Shown piece after piece: positions 1 through 5,723 of a stretch of DNA of 32,000 bases. The stretch covers positions 34,448 through 66,447 of the forward strand of contig JAQXJB010000025.1 in assembly GCA_029008095.1 (NCBI GenBank), given 5' to 3'. Numbering within the stretch: position 1 is the first letter of the stretch; each line of letters opens with the position of its first letter. Position numbers and translations under genes: made by a program. The notes below the pieces were generated by a model that searched no databases, had not been told where the DNA came from, and worked only from the letters and a program-made list of their open reading frames with translations. Source of the DNA: Clostridiales bacterium (GTDB lineage: Bacteria; Bacillota; Clostridia; Oscillospirales; Oscillospiraceae).

Positions 1-84
1 TAAATCCCTTTGGGGATTTGTGAAATTTGCTTCGCAAGTGAAATATGGCTTCGCCATGTGAAATGCCTGCGGGCGTGAGGGGGC
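1..84 (+). repeat. GTGAAAT-punctuated hairpin array, copy alpha (left end cut by the window edge)
   Basis: Hairpin AAATCCC/GGGATTT (2-19), GTGAAAT (20-26), hairpin TTGC/GCAA (27-37), GTGAAAT (38-44), hairpin ATGGC/GCCAT (45-57), GTGAAAT (58-64), GTGAGG (75-80). Bases 1-70 are 65/70 identical to 31192-31261. Confidence 0.8.
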
Positions 85-85
85 T

Positions 86-190
86 ATGTCATTCTGAGCC
101 CGCCGCAGGCGGTAGCGAAGAATCTCCGCACCAACGTGACTGCCAACATAAATCCAGCGCCGGAGATTCTTCACTGCGTTCAAAATGACA
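86..190 (+). repeat. ~100-bp TIR hairpin element, copy 1 (orientation A)
   Basis: ATGTCATTCTGAGCCCGCC...GCGAAGAATCTCCGCA...loop with ACTGCCAA...CGGAGATTCTTCAC...TTCAAAATGACA. Aligns with the copies at 5112, 5484 and 19983. Confidence 0.85.
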
Positions 191-260
191 CGGCTTTTAT
201 ATTTGCCCGTAGTGTCGTTTCCGCGAAAAATGTTAAATTTCACAAAAGCGGAAAAAACTC

Positions 261-289
261 TTGCAAAATAAAAACAGTTGTGATATATT
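261..289 (+). promoter_or_regulatory. Putative sigma-A promoter of the rimP-nusA-infB operon
   Basis: TTGCAA (261-266), a 17-nt spacer, then TATATT (284-289). Confidence 0.5.
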
Positions 290-317
290 AACAACGTAGT
301 ATAAGAGGTAAGCTATT

Positions 318-350
318 GGAGTGGGTCGCATGACCCACTCCTTTTGATTG
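318..350 (+). promoter_or_regulatory. Leader stem-loop with T-tract (terminator-like attenuator) upstream of rimP
   Basis: GGAGTGGGTC (318-327), loop GCAT, GACCCACTCC (332-341): a perfect 10-bp stem. It is followed by TTTTGATTG and lies between the putative promoter and the rimP RBS AAAGGAG. Confidence 0.5.
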
Positions 351-373
351 CGCGCCGGAAAAGGAGACTGCAA

Positions 374-832
374 ATGAGCAAAATCACAGAGCTTGTCTGG
401 CAGATGGCGGAGCCGGTGGCTCAGCGCCATGGCTGCACTGTCTGGGACGTTGAGTTCGTCAAGGAGGCGGGCGAGCGCTTCCTCCGCGTTTATATCGACA
501 GCGAGGAGGGCGTGGACATAGACCAGTGCGAGGCCGTCAGCCGCGAGCTGGACCCCATGCTGGACGAGGCCGACCCCATCCCCGAGGCCTATACCTTCGA
601 GGTTTCCTCCGCGGGAGCCGAGCGGGAGCTGAAGCGCCCCGGCGACTTTGAGCGCTTTATGGGCAGCTACGTCGCCGTTAAGCTTTACAGCGCCAAGGGC
701 GGACGCAAGGAGCATCTGGGAACCCTTACAGGCTACTCCGAGGATACCGGCGTAGAGATAGAAGAAAACGGCAAAAAGACCGTTTACGCGAGATCCGAGG
801 TCGCGCAGGTGCGGCTTCGCATAATGTTTTAA
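374..832 (+). CDS. rimP: Ribosome maturation factor RimP
   Basis: ORF 344-832. I prefer the ATG at 374, which sits 6 nt after the RBS AAAGGAG. N-terminus MSKITELV and the motif FEVSSAGAERELKRP are RimP-like. Its position upstream of nusA is canonical. Confidence 0.9.
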   Translation: MSKITELVWQMAEPVAQRHGCTVWDVEFVKEAGERFLRVYIDSEEGVDIDQCEAVSRELDPMLDEADPIPEAYTFEVSSAGAERELKRPGDFERFMGSYVAVKLYSAKGGRKEHLGTLTGYSEDTGVEIEENGKKTVYARSEVAQVRLRIMF

Positions 833-844
833 GGAGAACGGGAC

Positions 845-1987
845 ATGAACAGCGAATTTTTTCTCGCCCTTGAAGAGATAGAACGCGACAAGGGCATCCC
901 CAAGGATTACATGCTTGAACGCATCAATCAGGCGCTTCTTGCCGCCGTGCGCAAGGATAATCCCGCCGTTGCCGACGGCGTTGTGGTCGAGGTGGACGAG
1001 GCCAAGAAGAAAATCGGCATTTACATCGAAAAGACCGTCGTTTCCGAGCCCGAGAACGAACTGGAGATATCTCTGGAGCAGGCCCGCACCATTCGCCCCA
1101 GAGCCGAGATAGGCGACGTTGTCCGCTTCGACGTGGAGACCAAGAAGTTTGGCCGTATCGCCGCTCAGGCCGCGAAGCAGGTCATTATCCAGGGCATCCG
1201 CGAGGCCGAGCGCGGCATGATTTATGAGGAATTCACCTCCCGCGAGCATGAGGTGCTCAGCGGCGTTGTGCACCGCATCGACCCCAAGAACGGCAACGTT
1301 TACATGAAGGTCGCCTCCAAGGGCGACATGACCGAGGCCGTCATGCTGGCCGGCGAGCGAATAAAGGGCGAGGTCATCAACGAGGGCGACCACCTTAAGG
1401 TATATGTCGTTGAGGTGCGCCGCAGCACCCGCGGCCCCCAAATCATCATCTCCCGCACCCATCCCGGCCTGGTCAAGCGTCTTTTCGAGCTGGAGGTTCC
1501 CGAGATTTTCGACGGCACCGTGGAGATAAAGAGTATCGCCCGCGAGGCCGGCAGCCGCACCAAGATAGCCGTTTGGTCCAACGACCCCGAGGTCGACGCC
1601 ATCGGCGCCTGCGTCGGCGCCAAGGGCGCCCGCGTTGACAACGTTGTCGCCGAGCTGGGCGGCGAAAAGATAGACATCGTCAATTACAGCGACAACATAG
1701 AGGAATTTGTTGCCGCCGCCCTCGCTCCCGCCGAGGTCTATTCCGCCACCCTTCTGGAGGACGGCAGAAGCTGCCGCGTCATCGTGCCCGATAACCAGCT
1801 CTCTCTGGCCATCGGCAAGGAGGGCAAGAACGCCCGCCTGGCGGCCAAGCTCACCAACTGCAAGATAGATATCAAGCCCGCCTCCCAGATGATGGAGAGC
1901 GGCTCCATCAAGATAGACCTCTCCAAGCTGGACCTCTCCGAGAAGCCCGCCGAGGAGACGGAAGAAGCCGGGGAGACCGAGGAGTAA
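845..1987 (+). CDS. nusA: Transcription termination/antitermination factor NusA
   Basis: 380 aa. Contains S1/KH-type motifs (SRTHPGLVKRLFELEVPEI, GACVGAKGARV, LAIGKEGKNARLAAKLT). Conserved rimP-nusA-ylxR context. Confidence 0.95.
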   Translation: MNSEFFLALEEIERDKGIPKDYMLERINQALLAAVRKDNPAVADGVVVEVDEAKKKIGIYIEKTVVSEPENELEISLEQARTIRPRAEIGDVVRFDVETKKFGRIAAQAAKQVIIQGIREAERGMIYEEFTSREHEVLSGVVHRIDPKNGNVYMKVASKGDMTEAVMLAGERIKGEVINEGDHLKVYVVEVRRSTRGPQIIISRTHPGLVKRLFELEVPEIFDGTVEIKSIAREAGSRTKIAVWSNDPEVDAIGACVGAKGARVDNVVAELGGEKIDIVNYSDNIEEFVAAALAPAEVYSATLLEDGRSCRVIVPDNQLSLAIGKEGKNARLAAKLTNCKIDIKPASQMMESGSIKIDLSKLDLSEKPAEETEEAGETEE

Positions 1988-2027
1988 GAGCAAATATTAC
2001 CGCGCACGGAACGTAAGGAGGTCAAGC

Positions 2028-2309
2028 ATGGCCGTACAGAAGAAAATACCGATGCGGCAGTGCATGGGCTGCCGCGAAATGAAGCCCAAGCGGGAGCTTA
2101 TCCGCGTTGTTCGCTCGCCCGAGGGCAGCGTTTCGCTGGATTTCAAAGGCAAAGCCCCCGGCCGGGGCGCTTATCTCTGCCCGGATGTTCAGTGCCTGAA
2201 GAAGGCGCGCAAGTCCGGTTCCATCGGCCGAGCGCTGGATACAGAGATACCCGCGGAGATATATGACGAAATGGAGGCCGCAATGGAAAGAGAGGCCGAA
2301 AATGGATAA
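2028..2309 (+). CDS. ylxR: YlxR/DUF448 family RNA-binding protein
   Basis: 93 aa. Contains RQCMGCREMKPKRELIRVV and GRGAYLC, typical of YlxR. RBS AAGGAGG. Located between nusA and the L7Ae-like gene. Confidence 0.85.
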   Translation: MAVQKKIPMRQCMGCREMKPKRELIRVVRSPEGSVSLDFKGKAPGRGAYLCPDVQCLKKARKSGSIGRALDTEIPAEIYDEMEAAMEREAENG

Positions 2310-2685
2310 GGTGCTCAATTTCCTTGGCCTGTGCAAGCGCGCGGGCTCGCTGGTCACCGGCGAGGACGGCGCGCTCGGCGCCGCCCGCTCCGGCGAAGCC
2401 AGACTTGTAATGCTGGCCTCGGACGCGGCGGAAAACACCTCCAAAAAGGCCGGGTTTTACGCCGAGACCTGCGGCGTCATCCTTGTCCGCCTGCCCTATG
2501 ACAAGGACGTACTCGGCGATATGCTGGGCAGAAGAGTCTGCGCCATAATGGCGATAACGGACAAGAATTTCGCAAAATCCTTCCTTGAAAAGCTCAGCTC
2601 AGACTATCCCGGCTATAAGCCGGCGCTGGAGGAGCTTACGGAGAAGCTCAAGTCCCGGAAGGAGCGCCGCGAGAAGCTTCATTAG
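2302..2685 (+). CDS. ylxQ: L7Ae/YlxQ family ribosome-associated RNA-binding protein
   Basis: ORF 2263-2685. The ATG at 2302 ([21 protein letters not shown]) overlaps the ylxR stop (ATGGATAA). Canonical position before infB. Confidence 0.8.
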   Translation: MDKVLNFLGLCKRAGSLVTGEDGALGAARSGEARLVMLASDAAENTSKKAGFYAETCGVILVRLPYDKDVLGDMLGRRVCAIMAITDKNFAKSFLEKLSSDYPGYKPALEELTEKLKSRKERREKLH

Positions 2686-2741
2686 AAGCCGACCTATATA
2701 TCCATATCAGAATTCCAAGCAAATATCGGGGAGGTATGCGC

Positions 2742-5090
2742 ATGATTAAATACAGAGTGCATGAGGTGGCCAAGGACTTCAAGACCACTTCGAAGGTCAT
2801 CACGGAGGTTCTTACCAAGTATGCCACCGCGCCTAAAAATCACATGCAGGTGCTCACTGACCATGAGCTCAATATTATTTTCGACTATCTCACGCTGAAT
2901 AACCAGATCAGCGATATGGCGGAGATATTTGCCGGAGCTGCTCCCGCCGCGAAGGCCGAGACGCCCGCCGCGCAGCCCGCGGAGGCGAAGCCTGCCCAGC
3001 AGCCCAAGCCCCAGCAGGCTCAGCAGCCCAAGCCTCAGCCCGCGCAGCAGCAGGCAAAGCCTCAGCAGCAGGAGAAGCAGGCTCAGCCCGTCCAGCAGCC
3101 CCAGTCCCGCGTGCCCCAGAAGCGCATAATCGATACCAGCGGCGCCACTCTCAACGCCGCCAAGTATGACGAGCGCCTGGATAACTTCGTGCCCGACCGC
3201 CTTGCCAATGCGAAGCAGGGCAAGGAGAAGTTCGCCAAGCGCGGCGGCGATAAGCGCGGCAATATGGCTCAGGGCGCAAAGAAGCGCCAGGAGCAGAAGG
3301 CTCAGATGCAGAAGCTCCAGCTCGAGATAGCCAAAAAGGCGCCCACCAAGGTCTCCATTCCGGACAGCATCAACGTTGGCGAGCTGGCCTCCCGCATGAA
3401 AAAGACTGCCGCCGAGGTTGTGAGAACCCTCATCAAGAACGGCGTTATGGCCTCCATTTCCGATGTTATCGACTTCGACACCGCCGCTATCATTGCCGAG
3501 GAGCTGGGCTGCGTTGTTGAGAAAGAGGTAGTTGTCACCATCGAGGAGCGCCTGATTGACGATTCCGAGGACAAAGCGGAGGATCTGCGTCCCCGTGCTC
3601 CCGTTGTTGTTGTTATGGGTCACGTTGACCACGGTAAGACCTCCCTGCTGGACCGCATCCGCAACGCCCACGTCGCCGACGGCGAGGCCGGCGGCATTAC
3701 CCAGCACATCGGCGCTTATCAGGTGGAGATCAACGGCAAGCCCATCACCTTCCTTGACACTCCCGGCCACGAGGCCTTCACCTCTATGCGCGCCCGCGGC
3801 GCTATGGTCACCGACGTGGCCATTCTGGTGGTAGCTGCCGACGACGGCATTATGCCCCAGACTATCGAGTCCATCAGCCATGCCCGCGCCGCCGATATAC
3901 CCATCATCGTCGCCGTGAACAAGATGGATAAGCCCGGAGCAAACTCCGACCGCATCAAGCAGCAGCTCACCGAGCACGAGCTGGTTTGCGAGGAATGGGG
4001 CGGCGACACCATCGTCTGCGAGATCTCCGCAAAGACCGGCATGGGTGTGGATAACCTGCTGGAAATGGTTGCCCTCTCCGCCGAAATGCGCGAGCTGAAG
4101 GCCAACCCCAACCGTCTTGCCAAGGGTACTGTCATCGAGGCAAGACTGGATAAGGGCCGCGGCCCCATCGCCACCGTCCTCGTCCAGAACGGTACTCTTC
4201 GTTCCGGCGATATCATCATCGCGGGTACTGCCGTAGGCCGTGTCCGCACCATGATAAACGATAAGGGCCAGCGCATCGACAAAGCCGGCCCCTCCGTGCC
4301 CGTGGAGATCACCGGCATGAGCGAAACTCCCGGTGCGGGCGACGTTTTCAACGTTGTTGAGGACGAGCGCATGGCCCGTGAGCTGGTCGAGCAGCGCAAG
4401 GAGGAAAAGAAGAAGAGCACCACCGGCAGCGAACGCAAGGTCTCTCTGGACGATCTCTTTGCCCAGATCAAGGAGGGCGAGCTCAAGGAGCTGGCCATCA
4501 TCGTCAAGGCGGACGTTCAGGGCTCCGCCGAGGCGGTCAAGTCCTCTCTGGAGAAGCTGAGCAACGAAGAGGTGCGCGTGCGCGTCATCCACTCCGCCGT
4601 CGGCGCCATCAACGAGAGCGATATCATGCTCGCCTCCACCTCCAACGCCATCATCGTCGGCTTCAACGTCCGCCCCGATGCCGCCGCCCGTGACAGCGCC
4701 GTCCGCAACAAGGTGGATATGCGCATGTACCGCGTCATTTATGAGTGCATCGAGGAGATCGAGGCTGCTATGAAGGGTATGCTCGCGCCCCAGTTCAAGG
4801 AAGTCCTGCTGGGTCACGCCGAGGTTCGCCAGACCTACAAGGTTTCCAAGATCGGCACCATCGCCGGCTGCTATGTTCAGGACGGCAAAATCATCCGCAA
4901 CGCCTCCGTGCGCCTTGTCCGCGACGGTATCGTCATCCACGAGGGTGAGCTGGCGTCCCTGAAGCGCTTCAAGGACGACGTCAAGGAAGTTGCCAGCGGC
5001 TACGAATGCGGCCTTTCCATCGAGAAGTACAACGATATCAAGGAAGGCGACATCATCGAAGCCTATACAATGGAACAGATAAAGCTGTAA
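2742..5090 (+). CDS. infB: Translation initiation factor IF-2
   Basis: ORF 2736-5090. The ATG at 2742 is 7 nt after GGGGAGG. G-domain motifs [25 protein letters not shown] and NKMD are present. There is a P/Q/A-rich N-terminal linker. Confidence 0.95.
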   Translation: MIKYRVHEVAKDFKTTSKVITEVLTKYATAPKNHMQVLTDHELNIIFDYLTLNNQISDMAEIFAGAAPAAKAETPAAQPAEAKPAQQPKPQQAQQPKPQPAQQQAKPQQQEKQAQPVQQPQSRVPQKRIIDTSGATLNAAKYDERLDNFVPDRLANAKQGKEKFAKRGGDKRGNMAQGAKKRQEQKAQMQKLQLEIAKKAPTKVSIPDSINVGELASRMKKTAAEVVRTLIKNGVMASISDVIDFDTAAIIAEELGCVVEKEVVVTIEERLIDDSEDKAEDLRPRAPVVVVMGHVDHGKTSLLDRIRNAHVADGEAGGITQHIGAYQVEINGKPITFLDTPGHEAFTSMRARGAMVTDVAILVVAADDGIMPQTIESISHARAADIPIIVAVNKMDKPGANSDRIKQQLTEHELVCEEWGGDTIVCEISAKTGMGVDNLLEMVALSAEMRELKANPNRLAKGTVIEARLDKGRGPIATVLVQNGTLRSGDIIIAGTAVGRVRTMINDKGQRIDKAGPSVPVEITGMSETPGAGDVFNVVEDERMARELVEQRKEEKKKSTTGSERKVSLDDLFAQIKEGELKELAIIVKADVQGSAEAVKSSLEKLSNEEVRVRVIHSAVGAINESDIMLASTSNAIIVGFNVRPDAAARDSAVRNKVDMRMYRVIYECIEEIEAAMKGMLAPQFKEVLLGHAEVRQTYKVSKIGTIAGCYVQDGKIIRNASVRLVRDGIVIHEGELASLKRFKDDVKEVASGYECGLSIEKYNDIKEGDIIEAYTMEQIKL

Positions 5091-5111
5091 TTTGCGCATA
5101 ACATAAAGAAT

Positions 5112-5216
5112 ATGTCATTCTGAGCCCGCCAACGGCGGAAGCGAAGAATCCCCGCAGTAAAGGAACTGCAAATGTAAACCTTCTGCGGAGATTCTTCACT
5201 TCGTTCAGAATGACAT
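5112..5216 (+). repeat. ~100-bp TIR hairpin element, copy 2 (orientation A)
   Basis: ATGTCATTCTGAGCCCGCCAACGGCGGAAGCGAAGAATCCCCGCAG...ACTGCAAAT...CTGCGGAGATTCTTCACTTCGTTCAGAATGACAT. Flanked by TA on both sides. Confidence 0.9.
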
Positions 5217-5234
5217 ATTTTTATATTTATCTGT

Positions 5235-5457
5235 ATTATCGTTTCTGCTGTAAAAACCGTTTTTGCCCGGCGGAGGCACGCCTCCGCCCTACATACCAAC
5301 GATAAGACTTACGGTATTTCGTAAGGCAGGGCGATTGCATGGGGAGTTAGGAGTTATTGAGCGTAGGGCGAGTACGTTCATCCTTCCGGATATCTCATTC
5401 GGTGGGCGTAGGGCAGGGGCGCGCCCCTGCCGTGCAGTAACAATACGCACAATGTAA
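5235..5457. repeat. REP/BIME-like cluster A
   Basis: Starts with the linker ATTATCGTTTCTGC. Unit GGCGGAGG-CACG-CCTCCGCC-CTAC at 5269-5292 (minus orientation). Unit GTAG-GGCAGGGGCGCGCCCCTGCC at 5408-5431 (plus orientation). Degenerate units at 5321 (GTAAGGCAGGGCG) and 5363 (GTAGGGCGAG). Ends with GTAACAATACGCACAATGTAA. Confidence 0.8.
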
Positions 5458-5483
5458 AAATAAAACATATTAACATAAAGAAT

Positions 5484-5588
5484 ATGTCATTCTGAGCCCG
5501 CCAACGGCGGAAGCGAAGAATCCCCGCAGTAACGGAACTGCCAATGTGAACCTTCTGCGGAGATTCTTCACTTCGTTCAGAATGACAT
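5484..5588 (+). repeat. ~100-bp TIR hairpin element, copy 3 (orientation A)
   Basis: Near-identical to copy 2, including the left flank AACATAAAGAAT and the right flank ATATTTTT. Lies 372 bp downstream of copy 2. Confidence 0.9.
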
Positions 5589-5643
5589 ATTTTTTTATGA
5601 TATCGTAAAAGAAAGGAGGGATAAGCGATCCCTTCATACAAGA

Positions 5644-5707
5644 ATACTCCTTTCCTGATCGGCAGTCCTGTTCCGCTGTCTCTCAGGAAGGGAGTATCTG
5701 TATTTTT
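5644..5707. terminator. Long stem-loop between convergent infB and the S41 peptidase gene (probable bidirectional terminator)
   Basis: ATACTCCTTTCCTGA (5644-5658) pairs with TCAGGAAGGGAGTAT (5683-5697) over 15 bp with one G-T pair. It is followed by CTGTATTTTT on the + strand and lies 17 nt beyond the minus-strand stop at 5724. Confidence 0.6.
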
Positions 5708-5723
5708 GCTTTATGACAGTCCG

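Noticed and set aside
17-26. TGTGA/TCACA cores within GTGAAAT and ATTTCACA as CRP/FNR-family binding sites.
   Set aside because: Only some units have the T before GTGA. No TGTGA-N6-TCACA spacing occurs anywhere in either array.
1-70. The window being a wrapped circular element (plasmid or phage), because its first 70 nt recur at 31192-31261.
   Set aside because: The two copies diverge completely after about 70 nt. The intervening DNA encodes essential chromosomal genes (nusA, infB, polC, dxr), and no replication or mobilisation genes are present.
2930-3115. The P/Q/A-rich low-complexity stretch in infB as a repeat expansion or insertion.
   Set aside because: Variable low-complexity N-terminal linkers are normal in IF-2, the reading frame is intact, and nothing else marks this stretch as foreign.
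5063-5641. Short ORFs with recurring peptides such as CHSERSEESPQ and RFRRWRAQNDIFFML: 5063-5299, 5378-5641, 11543-11773, 27874-28496 and 31090-31470.
   Set aside because: The recurring peptide is just the TIR hairpin element or REP cluster read in one frame. The similarity is at the DNA level and appears in both orientations. The ORFs have no RBS and overlap one another.
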